This document shows, piece by piece, positions 26,505 to 38,862 of a stretch of DNA of 64,000 nt (position 1 is its first letter; each line of letters starts with the position of its first letter). A program made the position numbers and the translations under genes. The stretch spans positions 52,886,001 to 52,950,000 of the forward strand of contig OX597827.1 in NCBI GenBank assembly GCA_951406725.2, written 5' to 3'. Origin of the DNA: Octopus vulgaris. Its lineage: Eukaryota. The notes under the pieces are model-generated. The model saw only the letters and a program-made list of their open reading frames with translations, was not told the origin of the DNA and searched no databases.

Positions 26505-27011
26505 GCATATAGATGAGGCATAAAGAAGTGCCAGCCTCTAACTGTGGAGGGAACCTGTGGAAGAGGTAGACTCAGGAAGACGTGGGATGAGGTGATGAAA
26601 TATAATCTTTGGATGTTGAGTCTCATGGAGATGATGAGAGGTGGCTGAGACTTTTGGTGATTTGGTGTGCTTGAGAAGACACGTCAAACTAAGTGAAATC
26701 ATAACCATGGCCAATGCTGGTGACATGAAAAAGGTACATGTGCCAGTGATACATAAAAGGCACATGTGCTGGTAATACATAAAAGGCAGCCATGCCAGTG
26801 ACAGACAAAAGGCACCCTTGCTGCTGACACGTGAAAGGCACTCATGTTGGTGACACATTAAAGGTACCTGTTCCACTCTATGGAAGGGCATCCAGCCATA
26901 GAAACCAAAATAAAATGGACTGGAGCCTGATGCAGCTCTCCATCTTACCAGCTCCAGTCAAACCGTCAAACCTATGCCAGCATGGAAAATAGATGCTAAA
27001 CAATGATGATG
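26505..27011 (+). mobile_element. RTE LINE 3' end
   Basis: KKCQPLTVEGTCGRGRLRKTWDEVMK, 3' UTR with repeated ggtgacat..aaaaggca units and (GAT) tail. Confidence 0.85.
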
Positions 27012-27767
27012 GTGTGTAATTCTATTCTGATGCATATGGCTTTCACTAGTGCATGCTCAAACTTTCTCACACTCAATCATCACACATCTCCCTGACTCTG
27101 TATTAAGTCAAGTGCTTTTTCTCACCACAGTTACAATGATATAAATTTTTATGGGGGGTGGGGTGGGGGGATAGTGCAAACAGTATATTTGACATTTAAA
27201 AGGTATAGCTAGTCCCCAGGGACATTTGAACTCTGAACTGTGATGAAATTAAACTTTTAAAAAGGAAACAAATGAAAAAGAAAAAGAGAAAACTACAACT
27301 GTACAAGCTCATTACGAAAACTTAACTGTTCAGATAAGTAAAAATATATTTGTTTAAAATTATACTGAAATTTGCTGTAAAAGAATCATGGAGAGATGTA
27401 TCTCAAGCTTTTGGTAGCATGGTATAGATATTGAATTGACAGCAATTTCAAATTCATCAATTTTTATCTGAGTTCACTTAACTTTATTCTCTGTGATGCT
27501 GAGGAAAAAGAAACTCAGAGCTACATAGGAAATGTATTTTACTATGGAAGTAAGATATGTCCACTCAAATTTTCATTTCCCTTACCTGTGGAAAGTGGTA
27601 TTATATACCAATCTATCTTTTGTGGAGGAATGTCATATTTGAAACAATTTTTAGTTTAGATATATTGAAGCAGCATGGCTTGCAGAAAATGCCAACCCTA
27701 TTTTTTTGGTAGACATTTATCATTTGTGGAATAACTATGAAATTTAATTTCAGAGTTAAAGGGTTCT

Positions 27768-27980
27768 ATCAATGTTTTCCAACCATTTTTTACCTATGGA
27801 CCCCTTTAATTCCTATTTTACTTGGTCGGACCTGCCAAGCCATTCAAAATTAAAAATATACTATTATATTTTGATAAAATATAACTAGGAATTGTATAAT
27901 AATTATTAAAATATTTTGTGTATTGTAGACATATAACCAGCAAAATCTTATACGGACCCCCAAAGGCCTGGTTGAGAATA
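27768..27980 (+). mobile_element. hAT-like MITE
   Basis: caatgttttccaaccattttttacctatggacccc..ggacccccaaaggcctggttgagaa; homologous to 49515-49753 and 14625-14680. Confidence 0.6.
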
Positions 27981-30149
27981 AGTTAAATTATATGTAGATA
28001 AAGTAAATTGTCAACAGTTAATAAATAGTAGGCAACTACTTAGAAATTTTTCAGAAAACAGCATGAAAAACAAAAAATTCAGTGTAACAATATATTTCTA
28101 TAAAAAAAAAAACTCAGAATGCATGAAGCTGGAATAAATTTGCAAAGGATTTTGTCTGATACTCTACTGACTATCAATTTACTGTCCATAAATGTTAGCT
28201 GTTATTTGGTCCCCAGTAACAATCAATCTATGGAAAAAGTATTCCAGCTATGACCATCAACTTTTTTTTTTCCATATAAACAGTCCTTTTAAGACTAAAC
28301 TATTCAATATGGCTTATATTTTTTTTAGAGATAGTAAGATGAGATTTGAGAGATATTTTGGTGCTATTTCCAGCAAGTTGCAGTGTCAATTGTGGTAGTG
28401 GTGGAGTATTTGTCATAGTTAACTGCTATTTTGGAAGCTTGCATCTCTGTGTGAGTTGCTGAGGAGCAGATTGGTTTTGATGAGGCAGGAGGGGTAAATT
28501 GAAGAGACCAGACACTAGGATTGATGGTAATTGTTGCTTTCATTTAATCCCAAGTTATTCCTGACAGAACAGATCTATGATCAAAGACATTCTAGCCATG
28601 ACCATTCTGTCTTATTTTCAGACAGTATTTCAAGGACTACATTATCCAATATGTTCTGCATTTTTTTCTTTTTTTCAAGATAGTATTGGTGTAATTTGAG
28701 GAAGATTTGGCTGCTATTTCTAGATTGGTTGAATGATAACATAGTAGCTCCCTCATGATGATGGTGGTATTGGAAGGTGAGGATGAGGCAGATGGTAAAA
28801 AGAAGCAGAGAGGTTGTTTATAGAAATGATGGTGGTCACAGTAGTAGTGAGGATGGTGAAAGGGAATGGATAGAACCCAATATAAGTGAAATAGCAATGA
28901 TTTGATATTCTAATACCACTTCAAAGGTCAAATAACTTGCAGTCATTTTCATGTATATTTGCACAGTACGCATAATTCTTTGTACCTATTAGTCAAGTAC
29001 AGGTGGCAGAACTGCTGATTATATTATCAGAGCAAAGTATATGAGAAGGTGGGGTGAGCAACAGGGAAAAATAATGAAACAGAACAGAGTAGTAAAGGTT
29101 AAGGTGATGGCTATTGTAAAGTGCAATGGGATTTGGAATGATCTATAATTAACAAAGTAAACTTCTGGCATTGCTAGTTGTTGTAATGACAGCGATGATG
29201 GTAAGCAATCCTAGAGCTGCCAGTGGTTGTTGTGTTGTTAGTGGTTGGTGGTAGGTGTGGTGAACACTTTTGATGCTGCAAGTGGTTGTAGAGGTAGTGA
29301 TGGTAAGCAGTTCTGGTTCTGCTACTAGTTGTAATGGTGGTGATGGCAGTAAATAGTTCTTGTGCTGTTAATGGCTATACTGGTAGTGATGGTGAACAAA
29401 AATTGAAGATAATGTTGTTTAATTTCAGTTTAATTCTGATCCATAAATTTATTAAACTATTCCATCCATGGCCATATCTCTCTCTTTATTTTTTAGAAAT
29501 AATGTACTAAGTAGCAAATTATTTAATATGTCCATCTTTTAAGATGGCAGGGAAATTTGGCTGCTATATCCAGCAGATCAAATGACAAAGTAGAGGCTCC
29601 TTTATTTGGTTTGTTGTCATTGGTAGTGATGGAGGTGCTAATGAGATTATACAAAACACACACACACACACACACAAACTACTTCTGTTACACTGACATA
29701 TAATACTGCACATGTCACGAGACTCGTAATTCTAACAGTTGCCCAATCACTACACATTCTCACACAAACATTATGTAATCTACTCCCATCAGTTTTTGAT
29801 ACCTGATAACAACTCCTTATACATAGTATCATATGTCAGTGAATCTATACATAAATATTTCTAAACACACAGAGACAGAAAATGTAAACAGAAAATAGGT
29901 ATATGCCTCTAGCAGATGCAAGGCCATCTTGAAGGCTAAAGTTCTGTTTCTCTTTCATGGAGTAAATAAAGAAGTTCTATGGATGAGAAATAAATCTTCT
30001 TATGAAAAGAATTCTTTTTTTTTAAATTTATTTATGCAAGTAACATTCCACAAAAAGCTGGTATCAATCCATCTCTCTTTGCATCACTTCTCACATAAAT
30101 CAGCAAGAGAAACCTCAATACAATCACTCAAACTTCATATAATAATAAT

Positions 30150-30180
<31 letters not shown>

Positions 30181-30183
<3 letters not shown>

Positions 30184-30455
30184 GCAGAAATTCAAAAGAT
30201 AGTGCTCATGGGAACTGCTCATATCCTACGTCAAATACTTTCTATGTAATCTCAGGGTTTAAAACAAACATAATTTTCATTTTTTTTTTTGGACATTCAC
30301 TAGTACAACACCAAAAAAAAAAAATATATATATGGCACACTAGGCATAACAACAACATGTTGTCTCTTGAGGTCTCTGGGTGAGACTTGGAGCCAACTTG
30401 TACAAATATAAAGCAAAAGTCAAACATGGAATAATAATAATAATAATAATAATAA
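30181..30455 (+). mobile_element. R4/Dong-like LINE 3' end flanked by (AAT)n
   Basis: MAEIQKIVLMGTAHILRQILSM* plus 3' UTR; (AAT)n on both sides. Confidence 0.8.
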
Positions 30456-30456
30456 T

Positions 30457-30914
30457 TAGACAAGGTGTTATGGCACCGAATGCCAGATATAGTAGCCTTT
30501 AAGAGGGACAAGCAAGAGTGCCTGATAACTAACATGGCAGTGCCAGGAGATCAACATATCGTGAAAGAAAGAGAAAATATCGACAGATATGGAGACCTGA
30601 AAATTAGGATTGCCAAAATGTGGCAGCTGTGAGAGTCAAACATAAAGGTTGTTCCTGTTGTCATCGGAGCTTTGGGTTCAATACCACTTAAGCTGAAGAA
30701 ACATTTGGACATTTCAGAAATACCCTGCAATCTTGGTGTATTGCAAAAAATCAGCTTTATTTGAAACTGCACACATATTGCATAAAGCACTGTCTGTCTG
30801 AGGTCTTTGTTGTGACTTGACAGACAGTACAAATCCCTGGTAAACACAATATCTTCAATCTACAACATCACAATATCAGATACTGTGCAACATCTTCTAT
30901 AATAATAATAATAA
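30457..30914 (+). mobile_element. R4/Dong-like LINE 3' end (same family as 10175-10678)
   Basis: MPDIVAFKRDKQECLITNMAVPGD..DRYGDLKIRIAKMWQL..VVPVVIGALG..LQKISF; (AAT)n tail. Confidence 0.85.
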
Positions 30915-31130
30915 TCTTTTCTACTGAAGGCACAAGGCCTGAAATTTGGGGGAAGGGGACTAGTCAATTACATTGACTCCAGAGCATAACTGGTACTTAA
31001 TTTATTGACCCCGAAAGGATGAAAGGCAAAGTTGACCTCGGCAGAATTTGAACCCAGAACGTAGCAACAGGCAAAATACCACTAAGCATTTCGTCTAGCA
31101 TGCTAATGATTCTACCAGCTCGCCACCTTA
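30915..31130 (-). mobile_element. SINE family A
   Basis: gaccccgaaaggatgaaaggcaaagttgacctcggcagaatttgaacccagaac..ccagctcgccacc. Confidence 0.9.
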
Positions 31131-31415
31131 AATAATAATAATAAACAAAGACACATACAAAAATGACAGAATTATCAAAACATTAAGAAAGCTATTTGAG
31201 AAAGAGCTCCTAAAGAAAGGAAAGGAAATCCAAAAGCACTATTGAAATTTACCAGAGCTAAATCAATAGGCATCAAATAGGTGATTTTTATAAGAATCAG
31301 AATAATTTATATTCTAAGAAAGCTGAACAAAAAGCTGACATAAATGAAAATTTCAACAGAAGGATTCAGATGATGATACTTGCTTAGATAATAAGGAGTT
31401 TAGGTTTCCTATAAA

Positions 31416-31843
31416 ATACATTTGTATTAGAGAAAAGAAAATTAGGAAATTACTTAAAGATTTAAGATGTATAACATCAATTCCTGTAAATTTGCTTATC
31501 TTAGACAATTGTCAGTTCTACACATAAAAGAGAGACTAGAGTAACACAGAAAACTACAAACCTGTGAGCAAAACATCAATTTCATGGAAAAGATTATTAA
31601 GAAACAATGGATCTTATGATTTTTTTACCAGCAAATAGTATATATATATATATATATATATATATCATCATCATCATCATCGTTTAACGTCCGTTCTCCA
31701 TGTAGTTTTCTGTGTTACTCTAGTCTCTCTTTTATATGTAGAACTGACAATTGTCTAAGATAAGCAAATTTACAGGAATTGATGTTATACATCTTAAATC
31801 TTTAAGTAATTTCCTAATTTTCTTTTCTCTAATACAAATGTAT
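31416..31843. repeat. 143-bp inverted repeat (31416-31558 / 31701-31843) with an RTE tail in the spacer
   Basis: Arms are reverse complements with one mismatch by my reading; ~31666-31702 is the reverse complement of the RTE 3' end. Confidence 0.92.
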
Positions 31844-32548
31844 ATATATAAAATGTACTGTTCCATGATGGTAAGGTCAACAAAAGTATTCCATCTGGTG
31901 AGAGATAAATATTATTCAGTAGACACAATACATGTTTTTATGTGCTACTAATAGTTTCTTGTGCTGAGAACATGCCAAAGTTTTATAACATGTCTGACAT
32001 CTTGACATAGTCATCAGGCACAGCCCACATGGCATAGCAAACTAAAAATTGAGTGAGAATAAACAAGAAAAAGCAAGATGGAAGTATATAGAAAAAGTGG
32101 AAAGTTTATATATATTTAATTTGGTAATTCAATTACATTACAATTATTAAGAGTAATTCAGGAATGGACAGAAAATATGGATAAAGGAATGAAAGCAAAC
32201 TGCATTTTCAAAAATAGTAGCATGCATGAATAAGGTAAAAGTTTATTGTACTAATGATCAGATATTGAAGTGGATTGAAGACTTTCTCAATGATAGAAAA
32301 CAAGTGAGAGCAAAAGAAAGTAAATTAAAATGACACATGACAGTAGGAACTCCTCATGCATCAGTATTGGAATCACTCCCATCCTTAGTATTTATCAATG
32401 ATCTATTGGTAAATGTTATCAAAAACATGTGCCTTTTTGCAGATGATGGCTAAGATTTTATAAATGACAACTAAAGTGAAAAACTATGCTAAATTGCAAG
32501 AAAATTTCCAGAAAATGCAAAACTAAAGCAAAAACTGGCTGTTAACTT

Positions 32549-33010
32549 CCTCTACAAAGCTCAAGTGTAACCTACAGTGGAGTACTGCTCTCTCAATTGG
32601 ATTCATGCTGTGCATACAAACATCCTAGATCACATTCAGAAAAGAGACACCTGATTGATTGGCATAAAGTTACTCACAGACACATTCCAGCTACTTCTCT
32701 TTGCCTTGTCTGCAGCTCCTCAGAACTGGGTGGACTCAAGCATTCCTGACCCACTAAGATTTCCTGTTCTCATCACCCCTGATATGTCCAACTTCCCACA
32801 GGCTCCAAACTAATCACTATGCCCCGTCCTTCTTTCCTAGGATATCAGTCCCTGAAACTCTCTTGCCCTTCTTGTGTCTTTCCTGAAGATGTTAACTTGT
32901 AATGGTTCAAAAGAAACATTAATAGCATCAATCTCATCAGTCTCAGAGGGTCTACAAAGGCTCTAGGTACTGCTTGTTTCTCTAGCCCCAATAAAGAAAC
33001 AAAAGAAAAT
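32549..33010 (+). mobile_element. Second LINE 3' fragment (CR1/Jockey-like) nested in the CR1-like element
   Basis: LYKAQV*PTVEYCS..LDHIQKR, A-rich tail aataaagaaacaaaagaaaa; host reading WLL.F|.PDKCK is split around it. Confidence 0.7.
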
Positions 33011-35377
33011 CCTGACAAATGCAAATATCTTCATACAGAGAGAACACTGAGGGAATGAGATATTAGCTGTCACAAATTCAGAAAGCAAATGAAGAAAAGA
33101 GCTTCAGATTAAATTAGATAAAAAATAATTAAATAACTAAATGAATAAATAACTGAAATTTGGAAAACTAGAAAGACAAATATAATGATGGGTATAATAA
33201 AACAAAAACATTTTTACACCCGTATAAATGTATGGTAAGATCCCATTTAGATTATGCAACTACAATCTAGAATTCTTACAATAAAAAGAACTTGTGGGAA
33301 AAATTGAATCAGTACAAAGAACTACTGAACACCTAGCTGGATGGAAAAATCTGATGTAACTAGAGAGGCTGACAAAACTGAAAACTACAAAGCTTAAGCT
33401 ACAAAGTTGGAGATGGAGTGGATATACTGGAAATATACTAAATGGTAAACAGATACTATGAAAGGGATTTATGTAATTTTATTCACCTCTGGAATAAGAC
33501 CTCAGATGAATGTAGAACAAAGGAACACGGTAAAATAACTATACCCAAGAACTACAAATCAAAAAGGGCTGATATGAGTTGTTTTCCCTTTCAAATTTTG
33601 TTTTTCTTCATATTTTTTTTAATAGAAAAGAAAGTACTTCTAAACTGAGAAAGTCAAGTTTAGTATTCTGTTTCCATTTATATAACACCATAATAATGAA
33701 GGGAGACGATTCTAGACTGACAGCAGTAAAGGCTACCTTCTTCTATCATAGTTCAATATTTCTCATGGAACCAGCAGACAAAGTGGGAAAGGCATTGCTC
33801 CAGAGGGTAGTGAGGAAGATGCACTGGAACTGCCACTCTGACTCATGGGGTTCATACTTGCGGACAGCAATCTCCATCCCGATAGCGGTGAGCAGAAATA
33901 ATCAAACTAGGGGAATAGCTTGGAATAATTTAACAGGAGTAGTAGCAGCTGAAAGCATGAATATATTTAGAAAATTGGTTGGACAAACAATAGGAGCAAT
34001 TAGAAATAGAATACATTAATTTTAGAGTGGACATGGTCTGGTGCACCACCCCACCAAAATAAATTAGGAATCTGATACAGAAATTTATTATTATATCTGG
34101 ACTGGGCATTCAATTATGAGTTCAATTTTACAAGCAGGAAAAGTCACCTGAAATAGACTAGTGTACTATTAAGGAGACATTTGGCGTCTATCTACTTAAA
34201 ATCCTGGAAACCAAAAATAAGAACCAGTTTATAGAGGTACTTGAAAGGAAATTTAGGAAATGTATTATATTTGAAAGTCAAATCCTTGCTTGCTGGCTGT
34301 CTAGATCTCTCTCTCTCTTTCCACTTCTTAAAATGATGGGATGAGAGGTGGGAAAGATAGATGAATTTACTGCAAAACTAGTTCTATGAGTATAGCTGTG
34401 GTCTTTATAGCAGCCTACTGACATTAAACAAATATACACCACAGAGATTCATTTGTTGAAAATTAAACGACTAAGTATGCATACAGGTTAGAATAAATAA
34501 ATAAATAAATAGATAATAAAAAATTATTAACTAAATTTGCTATTAATGTTCGATTAAATAAAAGTAAAATACATAACGTAACTAAATGGTTATAGTTTGA
34601 TTCCGGTCATGGAATTGGAGATAAAATATATTAGCTAGAATTCATGTTTAAGCTGCTAGCTGTAAACATTTACGTAAACAGGTTGTTATAATCAGCTGCG
34701 CAAAATGCTGCCGATACAAAATACTTTGAAGCTGGTGGAATGTGCGTAGGTCTTTGGCACAAAACCAAACAGAAGAGAATCAAGTGACAAATATTAAAAG
34801 TAGAATAAACTGCTTAGTAATTAACAAAAAGAAAACGAATAAGTCTGAGACGAGGGTGAGTTGCGTGGATATCTTTTTGCAACTATTCTCATGAAGGCTT
34901 TGTACCAAGACCAGACGCTCTGGAGTTCTTCCGAAATGTTATGGATATTCCTGGTTCTAGAGTCGCTAAGAGGTCGCTTTTGAGGAAAAAGGGATAACAT
35001 ATTGATAATAAAGTTTGCAAACAAAGGGATTTTGCTTTCTGTTTTTGTTTCGATAGAAACTCTTATCAGCATTATACTTTATTAAGGATGCGTGGAGGAA
35101 CCAACCAACATCGCAGCTCCGTTAAAAATCTGTGAGATGTCTTTGAGCAAGTGTGATTATATAAATATGTCTGCGCTTATCTGCCAAGACAGAAGTATCA
35201 GTATCCCGTTGTGACAGTTTAGTCATGAAAGAAAAACACCTGTCTCTTGCATTTTCCTTCTCTTTCAATGAAAAATTTCGAAAATTTTCTTCGTCAATAT
35301 GTTGAATCCTATTACCACACCTATTTCCTACTAATATAGGAGTCTCTATATGCGGTTGTTCGACCTTTAAAATTCTT

Positions 35378-35735
35378 CGCTTGTTTCAGTCACTGGACTG
35401 CAACCATACTGGGGCAGCACCTCAAAGGGCTTAGTCGAACAAGTTGACACCAGTACTTATTTTAAGTATAGTACTTATTCTATCGGTCTGTTTTGCCGAA
35501 CCGCTAAATTACAGGGACGTAAACAAACCATCATCGGTTATCAAGCGGTGTGAGGTGGGGGACAAACACAAAAACATATGCGAAAGGCTTCCACGCAGTT
35601 TTTGTCTACCAAATTCACTCATAAGAAATTGGTTGTCTCGAGGCTATAGTAGAAGACACTTGCTCAAGCAGTAGGACTGAACCCAAAACTACGTGGTTGA
35701 AAACCGAGTTTCATAACCATAGAGCCATGCTCGCG
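35378..35735 (-). mobile_element. SINE family B (CpG-retaining)
   Basis: cttgtttcagtcactggactg..tacttattctatcggtc..gccgaaccgctaaattacagggacgtaaac..atagtagaagacacttgc. Confidence 0.85.
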
Positions 35736-36360
35736 TCTACTAGATGTAGCTGATAAATCTCCTTAAAATCGCAATATTCTACATTGAATAAAGGGTAGAT
35801 TACTCAATGCAATCCCGAATATATTTTAAAAAGGCTGGTCACAACTAGAATAATTGTGACCGTTCGATCAAGGCCGGTCTGGGGTTATATAACAGTCATT
35901 ACATCTATTCTCCGCAAAACCAGCAGGTTTCATTCAGCGTCCTAAGGTAATTTATAACTCACTACCTATCATTTACGCCTTTCTATAAATATTGTCCCCA
36001 CTTCTCCCTCGTTACCATACTCAACATAACAATTCGCGTCAGCCGAAACAAAAATCACGCTGCTTCTGGTTTACGCTTTCCAATTACACGAAGCATAACT
36101 CCACATCATCACAGCCGTCTTTCCATAGTTCCACTCTTGAGGAAGCAGGTCAATCTAGGAACATAGCCTTTCATCACGCAATCAACAAAGTAGTGTCATC
36201 GCACATTAACTACATTTGCAATATCCAATTAAATGTTCCTCTAAATTCAGTAACGATTCCTACCAGCCATTCTTTCTATTTATAACAAATAGTGCACTGT
36301 ATTAAAAAAAAATAGTGAGGAGGGAGGATAAATCTACACTCGTGTGTGCCATTGATATAC

Positions 36361-36421
36361 ACTTCATGACTAATCACTTTCTGGTGTGTAGTACACACCA
36401 GAAAGTGATTAGTCGTGAAGT
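36361..36421. repeat. 61-bp near-perfect palindrome
   Basis: acttcatgactaatcactttctggtgtgta-g-tacacaccagaaagtgattagtcgtgaagt; 29/30 pairs. Confidence 0.95.
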
Positions 36422-36477
36422 TTTCAATTTTCAAGAAAAGGAGTTGACTCTCTACAAGGTAATATTTGAGAAGTGAA

Positions 36478-36615
36478 AGGACGGTGAACTGGCAGAAACG
36501 TTAGCACGCCGGACGAAATGCTTAGCGACATTTCGTCCGTTTTCACGTTCTGAGTTCAAATTCCGCCGAGGTCGAGTTTGCCTTTCATTCTTTTCGAGAG
36601 CAATAAAATACGAAC
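36478..36615 (+). mobile_element. SINE family A, 3'-truncated, CpGs intact
   Basis: cggtgaactggcagaaacgttagcacgccggacgaaatgcttagcg..gttcaaattccgccgaggtcgagtttgcctttc. Confidence 0.85.
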
Positions 36616-36844
36616 CAACGAATCCAGGTAAGAAAAGTCACAGGGGTTTTGTCCAGATCCCATAAATTGTGACTTTATTTCCGGCCGCCATAAATTAATT
36701 GACTCTCTTTCCTAGACAAAATTGTGACTTTATTACCGGTCACCATACAATACAGTAAATTCAAAAGCACTCTTCTCGAGCATTTCCCAAAGTTAGTCGA
36801 TCTGTTGATTGACTTACTGAGAGAAGGTGATTTTTTTTTCAGTC

Positions 36845-37260
36845 ACATGTTGTCGACTTACGACCACAATTGGTTCCAACTGACTGGTCGTAAGTCGGCT
36901 TACATAGCTTTGTTTTATATTTTTACATTCTTAAGGTACATTCTCAGGTAAAAGTCACACACAGCATTCTGTATTATACTATTATACTAGCGTTAGTCAA
37001 AAATTTCGGAGTCTCAAGCAGCCGTCTTATAAACAAATACGAGGTTGCTTCGATGTCTCCGTGATAGGATAGTCATCCAACACAGTGACGATTGATAACC
37101 AAACATACAGGAAGCGTTTGTTAGCTGACAAGATCCGTAGACGGGTTAATTTCTAAGAAATTAAACCTATTAGATTTCAACTGGACTACTTAATATTGCT
37201 GTCGGGAGCTGGTGCGCCAACCGTCGTAAAATCGATCGGTCGTAAGTCGACGACGACCTG
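36845..37260. mobile_element. Tigger/pogo-like MITE
   Basis: Termini gtcgacttacgacc (36852) and ggtcgtaagtcgacgacgacctg|ta (37260); extra internal inverted copy at 36885-36897. Confidence 0.65.
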
Positions 37261-37658
37261 TATATATTAACATTATATATATATTATAAGATTGTGTGCA
37301 AGGGTGAGGGTAGAATTTCGCTCGGCTGAACTTATTGGAGTTAGCTCCCCCTGATTTTTTAAAGACTTGTTTAAACATTCCTTTGTCTATTCGAGCTGAT
37401 CGAAGTTTTCCAACTCATTATATTACATATACAGAACCCTTTTGTAAAAGAAACGTGACTTTTCACACACAAAAAAGTAGCCATATTTTGCTATACAGGT
37501 AAACTGATGTGTTTCAAACGGTCAAAGAAAAACCCGCGGAAAATTTGGACGCCTCACGCCTTTAACTACTCGACTATTTTGCTTCTCAAAACAAGGAGAT
37601 CCACTTTCTTCTATTATCTGACTAAAAAATATATATATACTGCTTTGACAAGATAGTA

Positions 37659-37696
37659 GTAAAGGAAATACAATTACCCAATTGTATTTCCTTTAC
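37659..37696. repeat. Perfect 17-bp inverted repeat with 4-nt loop
   Basis: gtaaaggaaatacaatt-accc-aattgtatttcctttac. Confidence 0.9.
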
Positions 37697-38813
37697 ATTT
37701 GGTATGTGCAGATAGAATTGTAAAGTTTTCTAAGCATTTTTTAACCTTTCTTTTCAATCTTTGTCTTGTAACCTCTGATATTGACACCTAACTATATACA
37801 TCATACTGTTCAAAGTTTGTTCGAAGCCATGCGCTATTGTAAAATGTAATTATGAATTCACCCAAGCCATAAAGAAACTTTTAGCATGAATGGGACACAA
37901 TGCAACGTTGGTAACATCAACCTGCCAGCAGGTACCAAAAGAAAAACCCACAGCATAAAGCATAACTTTAGATGAGAGAAGATACTAATTTATCTTATGC
38001 AATATGGAATGATAACGTAAATCCTGTTCCTAGCAGTTGTGGAAGCATGTTGAATTAAATATACTGTCGAAATGCATAAGGAAATGTTTACTGAATTTAC
38101 AAAAGCGGGCATTCGAGCAAGATGTATATTGCCACAATCAATTCATCCTTAGTTTTCCATTTAAATCTCTGCAAGATTAATGATTTAAAAATAGGTGCGT
38201 TATGCAGCAATTCTTAAACTGACAAATGCCAGGGTCTTGCGCATAATCGCAATAATGTACTACGGTGGTTGGTTCAAATCCTCTCAATAAATTATAATCT
38301 TAGAAACAATTCGTTATGAAAAAGAACATTGTACGTGGGGGAAAATGAATTATTACATTTATATATATCCATACATATTAAGCTTGAACGACGATAGATA
38401 TAGTTTACTATATACGCAAGAGTACACGCGCACGGCTCAAATTCCTTAGATTATCTTCTTTTAATACAGCCAACTTTCTGCCAAATTAGTCTTTCTGTAA
38501 CGCTTTTTCGTTCTCTGTGTGTGTAAGGAGTTCCTGCAGAACTACTAATAAATAATAAAGGAATAACACACCTTATATAAATTTGAAATCAACGTTGTTT
38601 AGCTCCAGGTAAACAACGATCGAGCATAGACAGATTGTTCTGCCCGTGACCAACCTGTCTTATTATTATCATTTTTTTTAGAGTTCTTGTGTTGTGTATG
38701 TTTGTGAATGTGATGCAGAGATAAGATTTGTCGAGCAGGCAAATCATGAAAGACGTTCCAACCGTAGCGGTCATGTCGTGGTGTGTGTATGTGTGTGTGT
38801 GTATGTATATATT

Positions 38814-38862
<49 letters not shown>

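Larger units (their letters stand above)
31150..34070 (+). mobile_element. Old CR1/L2-like LINE (RT and C-terminus) with several nested insertions
   Basis: ENYKPVS (31549), DQILKWIEDFLNDRKQV (32257), GTPHASVLESLPSLVFINDL, LFADD (~32433), PDKCKYLH (33012), YKCMVRSHLDYA, EKIESVQR, AWNNL. Confidence 0.8.

Noticed and set aside
26700-26870. Short regularly spaced repeats with variable spacers (CRISPR-like look)
   Set aside because: Degenerate units in the RTE 3' UTR (also 18915-19055); eukaryotic context, no cas genes.
33579-34019. 146-aa + strand ORF
   Set aside because: Crosses the antisense strand of an insert and then the CR1-like tail; a chance chimera.
35444-35674. ORF resembling a secreted Cys-containing peptide
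   Set aside because: Lies wholly within an antisense SINE B copy and starts at TTG.
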